Assembly (NCBI GenBank): GCA_964016885.1
Contig: OZ024740.1
Span: 282,162,001 to 282,226,000, forward strand
Source of the DNA: Eledone cirrhosa
Lineage: Eukaryota
Length of the DNA: 64,000 nt
Direction: 5' to 3'
Of this stretch, positions 40,343 to 54,975 are shown in pieces. Numbering within the stretch: position 1 is the first letter of the stretch; each line of letters starts with the position of its first letter. The notes beneath the pieces are model-generated. The model was not told the origin of the DNA. It did not search any database and saw nothing but the letters and a program-made list of their open reading frames with translations. The translations under genes and the position numbers were made by a program.

Positions 40343-43300
40343 AATGTTTCTTTATTGGCCACAAGGGTTGACACGAAGAAAAACATTAGAGACGGCACAG
40401 AACAGTACAGGATGATACAAAGTGGGTTTTGGTCGTGTAAACATGTTATAACAAAATCGGGCTAGAAATCAAAAATAAATTCAAACAACAAAAATTCCCC
40501 AAAAAGGGGGAAACCTGCGAGGGTCACTCGTGGTGAAAACCACACAAAAGACCATGGCCACCCTGACCACCAGGGCAAGCGCCCTCTCTCACTTTTTCCA
40601 CTCCTCAGTCTACAGGCGTATACTCAGAGCGGCCCGTTCAATCGGACCAGACTCGCCACTTTCACCCACCTTTCAACAAACTTACTAGAAGACAGCACTT
40701 GCATCTCCACCCTGATTTTCCTCTTCAAGTGAAACTTGAAAAAGTTAATCAGGGATTGGCCGGAGAGGAAAATGTCCGTCTTCAACCCTTTCAATCTCTT
40801 TCGCCATGGCCACCAGGCAGATGAAAACTGCCTGCCCTTCCTCCTCTTTAAAGGAGGATGGCGGGGCTATCTGCATGGACTCAGTCGATAACCGGATCCG
40901 TCCTACACGCGACAGCAGCTGTTCGACATAACTTCACAAGTCAGCAATCCTCAGGCACTGAACGAGTCCGTGCAGGACGGTTTCGTCGCTCTGAGCGCAT
41001 CTCGGACAGGCACGGCTGACAGCTCCTCCGTGTCTATAGAGCTTATCCCAAACCGGCAACGGTCCGCGGTAGCACTGCCAGGCCAGGGATTTCTGGAAGT
41101 TGTCCATAGGCCCCGGTGTGAAAGTTCTTTTGAAGAGAGCGAACAGCTGATCGTCTTCGACGCCCAGGGTCTCCCCGAGAACGTCGTCGCTCTTTCCCTC
41201 CACTCTCTATAGAACGCCGAGGTGGATGTTCCACCAATACTAGTACCCAGCCGGTAGAGGGCGATAAGCGCTTGGAGACATTCCAGCTTCCAAGCACTGT
41301 CCCTCGGTCTTCTTCTGATCCAGGACTGCAGCTCCGCCAACGAGACGAGCTGGGGAAAAGCGCGTCTGGCAACCGGCGACCACACCTGTTTACCGTCAAG
41401 GAAGCACCAAAGATGTCAGGGCCTCAGCGCATGTTTGCGCATCATCAGCCACGGAATGCCTAGTCCTCCACGCAACGGATGCTGACAGCAAGTGGATCGT
41501 CTGACCATGGGAGCACGCCCCTTCCATAAAAAGCGGAAGAGAAGGCGCTCCATTTTGGTGAGAGTTGGGCGGGGGCAACGTACGACGGTCAACCGGTAGA
41601 AGATGACGGACGCTATGTACGCATTCACCACCTCTGCCCGACCTTTCAGAGACAGCCTCCTCTCGGCCCATTTCTGGGTGAGAGAGGCCAGCCTGCTCGT
41701 CACCTCACTCGAGTTTTTCTCCATCTGGAGGTCCGGACCGAACCAGACTCCGAGCAATTTAACCGTTCCTTCCGTCCAGCGCTTCACGACGCTGTCGGAC
41801 GGCATGGACTTGCCTCTCCAGGTGCCGACGAGTTGCAAGCCCACCGACCTTTCCTGGTTTATCTTTGCTCCCGTCACCGCTTCGTATTCCTTGAGAGCGC
41901 TGCCGAGCATCTGGACGTGTTTGGTGCTCGACACCCCCACGGTGACGTCGTCGGCGTAAGCTGACATGGATCTCCCGCATCCAAGTTGGCCTGGGACGCC
42001 CCTCATCGCCTCCAGTTTGTGTAGTAAAGGCTCTAGGGCCAGTACGTACAAGAGGAACGAGAGGGGGCAACCTTGGCGGACCGAGCGCATGATGCTGAAA
42101 GTTTGCGACAGGTGACCATTCACCCTCACAATCGAGCAGATGTCGCTGTTCATCGCAGCGATCCAGCCCCTAAAAACGGGCCCAAAGCCGGCCGCTTTAG
42201 ATCGATCCAAGTTGATCAGGGCCCCACCCGTGCCAGGTTCCTTAACCACCCTCTCTATGATGTATCGCATGAGATGGAGGTTGTCGTGGATGGATCTGTC
42301 CGGGATGGCACATGTCTGCGCCTCTCCACACCAGATCACCGACGACAAGCGCCAATCTCTTTGCTAACACCTTCGCCAAAATCTTAAACTCTGCGTTTAG
42401 CAGAGTTATGGGCCTGAAGTTGTTTATAACGTTACCCTTGTTCGAGTCTTTTCTCAGCAGCGCCACCGCTCCCCGGCTCACAAAACTGGGAATGCTCCCG
42501 TTCTGCTGCCAGTTGCAGTAGACATCTGCCAAGATGTCGCCGAACAAGTCTGGCATATACACATAAAGCTCGTAGGGCAGACCATCCAAACCTGGCGTGC
42601 AGTCAGACATCGCGCCCCGTATTTCACCTGTTGTTATCGCCTTTTCGCAGCACTGCGCTGCGGTCGTCGAGAGCCGCGGCAGTCCGTCAAGGTATGCACC
42701 GAAGTCCATACTCCGATCCGGCCCGCCACCGCTCCCGAACAATTGAGCAAAGTGCTGTTGAAAAGCCGCACACAGCTGCTCGGTTTCGAGCAACATGCAC
42801 CCGTTTTGATCAGACAATCACCGAATTGTGGACTTGTTGCCACGTCGCGCCTCCACCACCCGGGCCCATTGAACGGCTTTCGTCCCCTCGTGTCTTGGAG
42901 CACGCACACTAGCTGTGACAGCGCAGCACTCATGCTTTGCGTTGAAGAATTGGTCGAATGCCAATCTCGCCGCAAGCACGTCGGTTGCGATGTCTGTCCT
43001 AAACACCTCTTCTAGCCTTCTAACTAACTCTCCCTCTACTCTTTTTTCCTCTATCACTACTCCTTTGCTAAACTTTATCGATTCCACTCTAATAGCCCTT
43101 TTCAGGGTAAACCAACACCTGTTGTTGACGATCGCACATGTCAACGCAGGCTTAACTAATTCGCTAACCCGGTTTCTGTAAGCTTTGCGCGCCGGGAACT
43201 ACGCGTTCAGCTTCCAGTAGCCGGGCCCTTGCGTATGGAGTTTATCTAAGTCAACTTCACAGATCACAAATTTGTGGTCCGTGTAGTCGACTACTTTAAA

Positions 43301-45103
43301 TTATGGACAACCTACACTAGCCTTATCTGTTTCCCTACAGAATACCCTATCTAAATACGATCGGATAATCCAGTCTATACCTGTCAGACAGTTCAAAACG
43401 TCTGAGCAGGTTGTTGAGGCTTTTACACCCTCCTGCCCTGTCTACTAGCTCCACACAATCCCAGCGTACATCCAAGATACCGTTCCAGTCGTCCACTAAC
43501 ACTAAAGAGCGGGTCGTTCCAAGAAAGGTCTCTAGACGTCTAAAGAAATCTGGCCGTCCTGCCCTTGTTGGTGCGTAGACGGCTACTAGCATGAGAGCAT
43601 TGCCTTCGCTGCCGGTCACGTCCAGCACCACCAAATTACCTTCTGGGTCCAGGTAGATGGCCCGTATGGCGAGATCCAAGCCTCTCCGAAAAAGGACGGC
43701 AACGCCTCCCCCCGATCCTGGACGGCTGGGAGATGCGTATACATCGTAGTCGCAGAAGATCGGTGCGAAGGTTCGTGTTTCTGAGATTCTGGTCTCGCTG
43801 ATGGCCATCACTTCTATGTTTAGTGACCTGAGGTCGTTGAGCAGGTGGCCCTGATTCCAAGACGACCTCAGACCACGCGCATTTATGCTGCCTATACTGA
43901 GTAAGGTCATGTTGAAAAGAAGTGGAAAAAGATGGGAAAGACCACTTACCTCGCTTCTTTTGGGGGAAGCATGGTTTTTCCGTCCTTCTCACTGTATGTC
44001 GCCCCCTCTGGAAGGATGTCTTTATAAATCCTCCTGGAGAGTGTTTGTCGGAAGTCTCCGATATCCTTGGGGAATTTTAATTTTAGTGTCGTGTACGTTT
44101 TCTGTGTGATGCGAGTGATTTGTATGTGTGGGGGTGGTGTGAATTTTCGGGGTGTTGTATAGTCTTTTTCTGTGATGCTGGTATTTGTGTTGGATGTAGT
44201 GTAATAATTGGTTGTTCAAATTTAATGCTGTGTAGTGTGTATCGTTTTGGTTGCTTTGTTTTGTTTGCGTTTGTTGTGGGTTTGTTTCTATTTCGCTTGT
44301 TGGTGATTTTTGTGGTGTTGGTGATGGTAGTGTTGGGGTTAATGATGGTGATGGTGTTGGTGTTTGTGGTGATGGGGTGTAGTTGGTGACATAGCTGTCT
44401 TAACTTTTTTGTTAGTTTTTAGTGGGTTCCTTCGCCACAAACGACACACCTAGGCCTTCTACCCTCAACAATTACAGTGAGGTGGCTGCCGTCATTGAGG
44501 TCTATCACCTCTGGAATTTCCTGTATGCTTTTTTGGTCCGCTTGGATCAGGAGCTCCATCTCAGATCCAGACCAGTTCTACTGCTTTACTTTTATCACCA
44601 CAATTACTTTAGTGTCGGCCTTGATGTTGGCGAGGGCGGCAGCCATTAGCCTGGGGATTTCAATGGCCGGCGGAACGTGGGTCACCCTGATCCTCACCAG
44701 CCTCTGACCACAATAGTTTGGGACGAGTGTGAACTCGTCACTTTTAAATGGAATGCTCTCTGGTTTCCTGTGGGTTTCCAAAGAACACGTCCACGTTTGT
44801 GGTGGTGTTTGTTGTATCAATTTCTGTAACCCTCATCTCAACTTTTACGCCGTAGTCACACGACAGCAGACATATTGCTGGGGGCGTGGCTCAGCCATGT
44901 TTCTTTTTATTTTTAAATGTAAATTGTTCAAATATTGTTCAAATATTTGGGCCAAAAGGCCCAAATATTATACTTTCCCCTTCACAGGGCAAAGACCAAG
45001 GGCCTATATCCCTTACACAACAAGAAAAATTAAACAACAAATAATTATAACAGGTAAATAAAGCGACTTACAGGGAGCGAGCAAAAATACGTCTGAACAG
45101 ACC
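40343..45103 (-). mobile_element. Tx1/L1-clade LINE copy D (retains 5' end; ORF1 divergent and deleted)
   Basis: ORF2 MTLLSIGSINARGL (43910), RT and 3' end as in copies A-C; 5' end abuts (TAA)n at ~45104. Confidence 0.92.
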
Positions 45104-45179
45104 AATAATAATAATAATAATAATAATTGTTTCTACGTTAGGCACAAGGCCAGCAATTACCCAGTATAATAATAAAAAA

Positions 45180-47510
45180 GAAAAAAGAACATAGTGAGTA
45201 AATGCAGAATATGTGTAAATGGGGAACCATTAACCACTTTATTTCAGGCTGCCCAGCTTGAGCCAGAAAAGTATACATCCACAGACATGATAAAGTTGGG
45301 ACCTACATACATTGGAAATTATGCCAACACTAGCTGGTACAAACACACACCAGAAAATATATCAGAGAATGACAAAGCCACCCTTCTATGGGATATGTTA
45401 ATACATACAGATTGGGAGATCAAAGCCAACCGACCAGACATTATAGTCAAAGACTACAAAGAAAAAATATCTTCTGATTGATGAATCAATCCCAACTGAC
45501 GACAACATTTCTACCAAGGAAATAGAGAAACTCTCTAAGAATAAAGATCTAGAGATAGAAATAATTCGAGTGTGGGTGTTGGAGACAATATCTATAATAA
45601 TAGGTCCTCTGAGAATGATAAAAAACACACACAGACAAATACATAACCAAAACCCCTGGACTTACAAATATATACAGCATACAAAAAGTAGGACTACTAG
45701 GCACTGCACACATATTACGAAAAGTACTATCAATACAATAGAAACAAACAAGCTAAAACTACACTGTTCATATCCAAGGCGCACAGCTGTGCTCGGTAAA
45801 GCAGTAGTGATGCGCAATAAAAAAAAAAATAAAGTGGACCAGCTTTTGATAGATAAAACAATTCTTAAGGATAGAAAGTGGAGGAAAACCAACTTGACCA
45901 TGGCGTAAATCGATTACCGCAAAACCTATGACATGATTCCACACTCTTGGGTTATGGAATGTGGTAACTTAGTTGGTATTACATCAAATGTTGAGCGATA
46001 CTTAAGGAAAAGTATGAAAGAATGGAAGAGTGAACTGACAGATTATGGAAGAAATTTAGGAACAATAGAAATCAAGAGAGGTATATACGAAGGGAGCAGT
46101 CACCACTGCTGTTTGTACTGTGCATGATACCACTGACAATGATTTTGAGAAAAGCTAAGGCTGGACAAGAATTCAAAGATCGCCAGCAAAAAGTCAACCA
46201 CTTATTATTCATGGATGACTTCAAGCTTTATGGTAAGAATGAATCCTAGCTTGGTCTTTTCGTTGAAACGGTGTATACATTTAGTGCTGACATCAGAATG
46301 GAGTTTGGATTAAAAATATGTGGTGCATTAATCTTGAACAAAGGCAAAAAATAAAAGCATTGAGGGGTTTATGCTTCCATCAGGAAAGTTTGTGGAGCAA
46401 ATAGAAGAGAAAGGTTATAAGTACTTAGGGATATTGGAAGTTGATAACATAATGCAGGAGGAAATGAAAGGAAAATTTAGGGTGGAATACATATGCAGAC
46501 TGAGGCTTATTTTCAAGTCGAAACTTAATGGACGGAATAAGATGGAAGCTATCAATACATGGGCAGTACCACTCCTTAAATATGGGATGGGGGTGATCAT
46601 GTGTACAGTGGAAAAGCTAAACAGTTTAGACTGAAAGATACGAAAGATATTGACTAGATATGGGGTATTTCACCCAAAGAGTGACCCACACAGATTATAT
46701 GTACCAAGAAAAACAGGAGGAAGGGGACGACTGATAGGGTGTGAAGACAGCATTAGAACAGAAGAAAATAACATGGCATGGTACATAACAAGTTCCACAT
46801 CCACTGTTGCTGGAAATAAGAAGGTCAGGGATGTGAATAATAGAAGATTGTAAAGAAAAAACACAGTACAAGTAATTGAAGATGGATGAAACTGAAAGTA
46901 GATTGACAGAAAAAAGAATGTGTGGACAATTCCATAGAGTTGTTGAAGATAGGACAGACAGAGAAAAATGGTGGTTATGGATGGGTAAAAGTGATCTAAA
47001 ACTGGAAACAGAAGACTCAGTCTGTGCTGCTCAAGAACAAGCACTAAGAACTAACTACATCAAGTATAGAGTAGATCACATAGCAGAAAGTGATAGGTGT
47101 AGAATTTGTGGCGTGAATGGAGAAACTGTATGGAATATTACCAGTCAATGTACACCACTAACTCAGAAAGAATATAAGAGACGTCACGACAACATAGAAA
47201 AGATAGTCCATTGGGCACCCTGTGGCAAATATGCACTTGACAGAGCAGAAAAGTGGTATGAACATAACTCTGAGGGCGTTATCGAAAATGATGATGCAAA
47301 GATCCAGTGGGACTTTGTGATACAGTGTGACCATGAGATTGAATATAGGAGACCAGATATTGTATTAATTGGGAAAGAAAACAAAGTGTTGGATCATGAA
47401 TATAACCTGTCCAGCTGTTAACAAAGGATGTGAAATAGAAGGGAATAAATTGATACATATGACAGTTTAGATTGTGGTTAAGCAGTTGTGGTCACTACAT
47501 ACTAGAAGGT
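45180..47510 (+). mobile_element. Two older R4/Dong-like fragments (45180-45820 3' end; 45830-47510 RT to RLE)
   Basis: LWDM.IHTD.EIKANRPDII; DQLLIDK, YKYLGILE, AAQEQALRTN, CRICG, RRHDNI, RRPDIV. Confidence 0.85.
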
Positions 47511-47519
47511 TCCAATAAA

Positions 47520-49960
47520 CATGGTTCAGAGAGGAATGCAAAGTAGTGATGGCTGCAGCGTACTATACTGCCATCTTGTTTCCAAGAGAGAACTCGTTAA
47601 TTCAAGAGACCTATAATATTTGGAGGAATTCCTAACCTAACTTCAGAGATTACATGGACATGAATAAGCAAGCCAATGTCAGAAGGAACATTAGGAGGAA
47701 CAAAAGACTCGCTTAATCAGAACTGCAAACCATCAAAGCGGAGATAAGAAAGCAACATAATTCTAGTCAGAAAGGAAACAGGAAAGCAACAGATGGTAAG
47801 AGTATTGCTGAAGCTCTCACGGATGAGAACCTGATCAAAGAAGAACATGTAGATGATTGCTCACTGGATGCTGCTGCTGTCTGGTCAATGAAGGGAGATT
47901 TTCTACGCGAGTGGGGGATTCTGAAACTGCAGCATCTGAAAGACCGGACAATGCTTCAGAATGTGCCTAAAGAGACGCATCAGCTGAAGAAGAAATCAAC
48001 CTACCTAACAAAGCAGTAGAGATGATCAATAACGAACATGGAAAACCGCTGACATTAACCAGGTGCTATATGCCACTGTAACTGTGATTGCTGGTAACAC
48101 AAACGCAAAACCGCAATGGTAGAGACAACTGGAGAAAAAATGTACTGCATTGAGAAAGGATACCTATCTCGTATATGAAATAGACAGGGAAACTGATAAC
48201 AATCCAAACAAGCTTTATAAGCTGAGGAGGAAGATCAACCGAGAAACAGACTGGAAAGGAATTGGGGAATTAATCAAGCAAATGATACAGGTGAAAGCGC
48301 AGTGTCTAAGAGATCTAACCTCTTTAAAAATAACAAGCTCTTTGCTGAAGATGCCAAAAGATTTTACAGAGAGTTAGGCAAGAAGAATGTTGAAAAGAAA
48401 AGAGAAAAAAAAAACACCTGATCATGGTGAGGCGGAACGCTTCTGGGAAAATATATGGGAAAAGGCTAGAAACCACAACTCCAATGGTTGGAAAATTTAG
48501 AAATCCCCGTTTGCACCCAGGAATGGAATGAGATAACGTCACAGGATGTAAAAACAACAGTCAGCAATGTTGGAAAGTGGAGATCACCTGGCGAAGATGG
48601 CTTAAAGAAATTCTGGATTGTAACACTAAATAAAGGCCTCAAACTGGCATAACATATCTTCTACTGAAGAATGAAAACAGAAAATCTAAAGAACTACAGA
48701 CCAGTTACATGTCTTCTAGTGATGTACAAGCAAAAAGGCTAGACACGAGAGAGATATGGGTGCAAAGGTCAGCTACTAATAAATAGACTCATAATGGAAA
48801 ACTGGAGTCAGACGAAAAAGCACCTGTCAATGGATTCGATAGATTAAAAGATGGCATTTTACAGCATACCCCCACCTATATTGACAAAGACATTAAAATG
48901 TATCATATAGCACATGGGATCACAAATTTCCTTAAGGCAATGATAATAAACTGGAAAAATACAATGGTATTTCAACACCACAATGGGTCACTGGAATCTA
49001 GTCAGATCAAGATAAATGGCGGAATATTCCATGGCAACCCATTGTCCCTTCACAGTCTGTATGTTACTTGCTCCACTTAGTTACTGGACAAATGTGCAAA
49101 AACCACATTCAAGCGAGGGTTGCTCTCCAGCAAACCACTATAAAGAAACTGATCAATAAAGAGTTTTATAAATATTTTGGAGTTAATGTAAGAAATGGAA
49201 TCAGCATGCACGCATAAAGGAAGAATGGGATTAGTAGGAAAAGTGAGCTAAATTCCTGCAACAAACTCAAAGCCATTAACAGTCTACCAATTTTAACTTC
49301 ATAAACTGGAACCTGTAGGAATTGCAAAGGATAGACATTAAGACTAGCAATCTATTGACAGCCAAGAAAATGTATCACTCTAAATCCGATGTACATAGGC
49401 TGTATATCTCAAAAAGGATGAGGGTTCCTACAACTGGAAGTTACATACATTACAGCAATCATTGGATTGGATAGTTATTCAACACACCCAAGATGAACAT
49501 CTCAAACATGAATGGAATAAACGACTACATTCAATAACAAAAAAAGCAAACAAAGTCAGACCAAAATCTGAACATGGAACAAAATAAACTCATAGAAGAT
49601 CAATAGCAGAGTGCTGCACAGCTAACTAAGATTTTGAAGATCAAAACAAAGAAACTTCAAACAGAGGAACTAAACTTTGAATGGAAGGCAAAACCACGAA
49701 TGGTAGATTCCCAGAGTGCCTTTCTGACAAGATATTGATCGGAATGGCACACTAGCCTGCCTCAGAAGTGTTAGTCTGAAAGCAAAGAGTGAGGGATTCT
49801 TAGCAGCTACATAGGACCAATCTCTAAACACAGATAGACACAGAATAGTTAAATTGGAACTAGCCTGTTATGCAGAATAGGCAACAAATACGAAGAAACG
49901 ATAGACAATGTTGTCTACGGGTTGTCTAGAGCTAGACATCATAGCGGAACACTTCAAATT
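47520..49960 (+). mobile_element. Highly decayed R4/Dong-like element
   Basis: Residual motifs WRSPGEDG, NYRPVTCL, GIFHGNPLS, YKYFG and QDQSL across broken frames. Confidence 0.65.
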
Positions 49961-50440
49961 GTCGTAGATGTGGCAAATATCAAAAATAGAATATAAAAAA
50001 AAAGGGATTTAAATTTGAAGAATTAAAATTGGTTATTATCTGATTAATTGCTACTGCATACGTATTTATTACTAAATGTCAGTAAAAAGAATCCAATACT
50101 AAAAACGGCCCTTGGCTGTTTCTACCTTCCTGGAAGTATATTATTGCCGTTGAAACCATCATAATTATACCAGAGTTTACATCTACTTACTGTATGAACA
50201 GTAATTTTGTGCTGAATAATGTATATGGATTGCCATACTCTTGTGAGATCAACTTGATTAAATAAACAACATTTCCTAATATCATTGCAAAATATTCTCT
50301 TTAATTACAGCAACATAATTGCTTTCACAAAATAAATTGCAAAACATTTTAGGAAAAGCCTTATTGTTAAATATCACAATACGTAATGAGGTAATATTTA
50401 CTAGTAGACATTTCTAGTAAAATAAAATACTTTTACTTGC

Positions 50441-50589
50441 CTGATTAGGATTCTGACCAATATCTAAAGTGCGTACAAAATATTTAATAAAATCAAGTTG
50501 CTTTTTGAAATCTCCGTCAGGGATACTGGTAGAAGAATCTAGAATAAATATGATGTCAGCCGGGTGGGTACATACTTCAGGTATGATTG
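50441..50589 (-). CDS. VWA-domain N-terminal exon (third VWA domain); GC splice donor
   Basis: tttttgcag|(T)IIPEVCTHPADIIFILDSSTSIPDGDFKKQLDFIKYFVRTLDIGQNPNQ|gcaagt; DxSxS MIDAS motif. Not in the ORF track. Confidence 0.9.
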
Positions 50590-50627
50590 CTGCAAAAATA
50601 AATATTGACCTCTAACATTATTTATAA

Positions 50628-51157
50628 CTAGACCACCCGTGACTCGTTGGGTCACGTTCACTTCAAACTATTTTTAAAAAATCATATTCATTTAAAAATA
50701 ATTTTTAAATAATTAAAATAATTTAAATGTGTGTATGTGTATACATATATATGTATGTATGTGTATATATATATATATGTATATATATGTGGGTGCCTGT
50801 GATCTATATTCATTGGTCAAGGACACACACACTCACCACAACAACTCCACTAGCTCTCTCTCTTCCAATCTTCTCTCTCTCCTCTTCCCCTCTCTATGTT
50901 TCTATCTCATTCTATTCTCTCACAACCACTATCTCTTTCTCTCTATCCTTCTCTCTCTCTCTATTTATGAAGGTACCCAGAAAACCCATACCTCGGGAAC
51001 TTGTGGTCCGATTTACGCGAAAATTGTTTTATTTCAATTGTATTCCCATTTAAGGGGCAACTTTCTTTCAAAGTATTTTCCCATTATTTCGCCCTTTTGG
51101 CTGTATTAAATTACAGACAAGCAAGCAAGCAATCACAGAATTTTAGTAGTATATAGA
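50628..51157 (-). mobile_element. Non-autonomous Helitron
   Basis: Minus strand a|TCTATATACTAC... ends with hairpin cgtgac-ccaacga-gtcacg then ggtggtCTAG|t. Confidence 0.8.
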
Positions 51158-51508
51158 TAAAGCACATATATATTGAGCATGAGTTCATTTATGGGTTTAT
51201 TTGAATTGACGTTGAGCGTATTGCCGATGATAATATAAAGTCGAGAATAATAAGATTCGGAGGGACTGGAACTAAAAGCATAACAGCGCTCTGTAAATTC
51301 TGAAATAAATTTTAAGCTATTTATACGAAAGTGGATCGTAGACCTATGCTTTCTTCTTTACACCCGATATCTAATGAAGGCCTCAATGCTTGCATTTATT
51401 ATATCTTGATTGTTGGCATACGTTGTGGAAAAATAGGTGAAAAGATTTGGAGCAGAAACTGACATAAGTTTCGTCTTCTTTTAAAACTATTTTACATTAC
51501 TCTCACCC

Positions 51509-51605
<97 letters not shown>

Positions 51606-52178
51606 CTCTCTCTCTCTCGCTCTTTCTCTCTCTCTCTATATATATATATATGATGTAATGATTTAGCTGGAATTATCTAAAAACAGCTTTGTTAATTCAA
51701 ATGTTTATAGTATCTTTACTAATTGATAAGAAGCACGTTGTAAATATTTGCCTTAAACTAGAGTTATTTGTTTTTAACGTGACACAGTCTTAGCGCTCTT
51801 TTGTACTTTTCCAGGATATAGTAACACAGGGCATCAAACAATATAAAATTCTGCCAAGAAACATTGTTAAATATTTCTATATCTTCAATGAAAATGATAA
51901 TAAAAAAATTGTAATATTTTCTTAAAGTACATTTTGATCTTATATCTATTTATCAAGCAACTTAAACAAATAGAATTGCAGCATTAAATTTAGCTGCCAT
52001 GATAATAGACATGATAGAAAATTTAGCTTGTGTAAGAGTTGTATGTGGGCATAGAGAAATTCACAAAAAGAAAACAAAATTGTAACATATTTTACAAATG
52101 GTTAAAATGGACGTAAAAAAGAATATTAGTTGAAATATTAGTCGAAATATACATAAATAAATAGAACTTAACACTTAC

Positions 52179-52220
52179 TGGTAGTAGAAATTATAGGTGA
52201 TGGTGTAGATCTATCAATCG
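52179..52220 (-). CDS. 42-nt phase-1 linker micro-exon: (T)IDRSTPSPIISTT
   Basis: Acceptor tttcttttccag, donor CCA|gtaagt. Confidence 0.8.
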
Positions 52221-54025
52221 CTGGAAAAGAAATAGTTGCACATAAAAAATCTGCAATTCTTTAAAAGATAAGTGATTATTAATGTGATTATAATTTTTGG
52301 AATCATTAACTTTGTCTTTAGAAATGAAACATATTTATTTAAAGATGTTTGCATCCAAATTATGTTTCGATAGGTTCAGTCCCTAATTGTCATCAGGTGA
52401 CATATTCTGGGATAATACCGAACTAGACTCAAACAAGAAATCATTTTTAACCTACTGCTAGTAATTCTCTTATCTACTATAGTATTGTAGCATGTACACG
52501 GACGTTGGATTTTTAGTACAAATATATTGATTTCATTAAAGTCAGCCATATTAAGCTGATTCACTGGGTAATGTTGTTAGTTCTGAAAACGAGATTTCCA
52601 GTTGCTTTAACAACGAAACAGCTTGCTGGTGAAATTAATGGGCAATATGTACTCTTAACGCAGTTATCTGGAGATTTAGCATGACACAATGTGTGACAAG
52701 GCGGGTCCTTTGAATTAAAAGTATACCAAACTCATTCCAACTAACTGGACTAGAATGTTGCTTAGGAAAAAAAAGTGGATGGAATTACATGGAATGCCTC
52801 ACACGGGGGTGAGGACAATTTTGCTTCTGGTCAGGAAGGATAACTTGCAAGTCACCAAGAAGACCATTCAGAAAGTGTAAGAAAATGTTATAGGTTACAA
52901 CCTATCAACACCGCCAAGGTGAAATTCAGGTCGCCAGTGATCGGGAAAATTCTGGCAATTGATCATTCACATAATCAAAAATGGATGTACATTAAGTTGA
53001 TCGAATATGGTGGGAGATCAGATCATATGCCTCAGTCGCAGCAATGATGCGTGTTTTGAAGATAAATCTGCTATCAAAATGCTGATAGATTTTGGCACTA
53101 AAATTTGATCAGAAGTATGGAATTAAATGCTACAGATATAACTGTAAAGTTATTTCATAACTTATATAAATCGAATGGAAAGAGTACTGTGGAATGCTTC
53201 GCAGGACAATTAAGGCCATAGCTGAGAGGAGGCATATCTCACCGCTCAACAAAGCATTTTTGTATAACGTATTATCCATAAAAAAAACAGTAGTTAGTGC
53301 TACAAAGAATAGAGTGACGTTTGAAAATGAAATGCAAATCACAAACTACGCCAGTATTCTCTGAAGGTGGAGGAAACATGCGTCCGCTTAGATTGGGTAG
53401 GAGGTATGGACTAAGTCACCCAAAACTTGCTGTACATGTCAATTGTGGTGGGACAGAGTGACCAACATGCAATCCACGAATAATGTTTGCATCTACACCA
53501 TGATCCCAGTGACACTACTGGTAACTCGTCTGACGTGGGAGAGAGTGGTGAGGGGATGAAAAGAGGTTTCATTACAAGACCTCGCGAAGATTTCAACAAG
53601 GGAGGCACCTAAAATTTGATGTAAGAAGTATGTGAATGCGAATGAGCTTTATTACCATTGTTAAAGTGTTGCTTGGGATCAGTTTGGCGTGTAATGAAAT
53701 AGAGCTGGCGCTAGATGTCTGAATAAACGAACGCTGGGTTGTATCCGTTTATCTATTTCTTCAAGGACAACATGAATTGTTTTTTCCGTGTCTAAGAATA
53801 TATAGTGATTAGTTTTATCTGAGTCAACGAAAATACTGTGGTTCTTGGCGTAGCTGTATATAAGGATCCCTTTGTTATTGCCAAGGCGCATCACTAGCGT
53901 GTAGATATTGCTAGACCAGAGTTGCTAGTAACAAAAGATTAAATTCTCTCATCGATTAAACGACGAAAAATGAAGAATCAAATACGTTTAATAATTATAA
54001 TTATAAAATTTAAAAATAGTCTTAC

Positions 54026-54458
54026 TTCCGCATGCTTCAATCAAGTAGCTTTGGATTATATCTTTCAAAGTATCGAAAGATGGTGTTTTTCTGAAGTAAT
54101 CTTCCTTCGGAAAACTTGCGATGCTTTTTATCTCTGAGAACCTTATTTCAGTTCCAATGGCCAGAGCAAAAATCTTGATAGTTCTACGGGCTATTCTTGC
54201 TGCTTCCAGGGTAGCATATTCTTTCTGAGAATTTCCATCTGTCAGAATAATGGTAGCACGTGTAACATATGATCGACCTCCATTTTCTGGTCTAAACATT
54301 TTTTCGGCCAGTTCTTTTAAGGCCAGCCATGTAAAAGTACTTCCTGTCAGTTGTTTAATCTGATCTATTTTCCTTAAGAGAGTTTCTCGATCCCTCGATT
54401 CGTTCATGAAGAAATTTATTTCAACTCTGTCACTAAAAGACAAGATTCCTAATCTCAC
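54026..54458 (-). CDS. VWA-domain exon (C-terminal part of second VWA domain)
   Basis: tgtag|VRLGILSFS...TGSTFTWLAL...IILTDGNSQ...IEACG A|gtaaga; 433 nt. Confidence 0.93.
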
Positions 54459-54838
54459 CTACAATGGATAAGTCAATAATTAAAGGCTTTTGTGTGGTCT
54501 ACTTTTCGATAGAGATTAGCGAAATGTATATAACTACATGCCAAATGATATTTTATATTAGGTAAACATTATTTCTTGAAATTAAGTATCCTAATATTTA
54601 TTAAATGGATTATTTTATACCAATACTTAATGTTTATGAAAATAAAATATACACCATTTCCATAATTAATATAAGAAAATTATCTCAGTAATATTATTTT
54701 TAAACTAGACATTAGAGAGTAATTTCTCTTTCGTACATGACTCGTATGAAAGAGGATACTCATTTATTCCTAGAAAAACGTCAGTGAATCTCTGTGTTAG
54801 AGATTTTAGAAATGATAAAGTAAAAGTATAATGTCTAC

Positions 54839-54975
54839 CTGGGTTCTTGACAATCCGATGTTCAAATTACGGACAAAATATTTGACGAAATCTAGCTGTT
54901 TTTGAAAATCTTGAGGTGCGATGCTTGTGGAAGAATCGAGAACGAATACAATATCAACGGGCTCTCTGCAGGGAA
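54839..54975 (-). CDS. VWA-domain N-terminal exon (second VWA domain)
   Basis: tttcag|(I)PCREPVDIVFVLDSSTSIAPQDFQKQLDFVKYFVRNLNIGLSRTQ|gtagac. Confidence 0.92.

Noticed and set aside
52570-53420. Old SINE/LINE remnants (also 63430-63840)
   Set aside because: Too decayed to classify without a repeat-library search.
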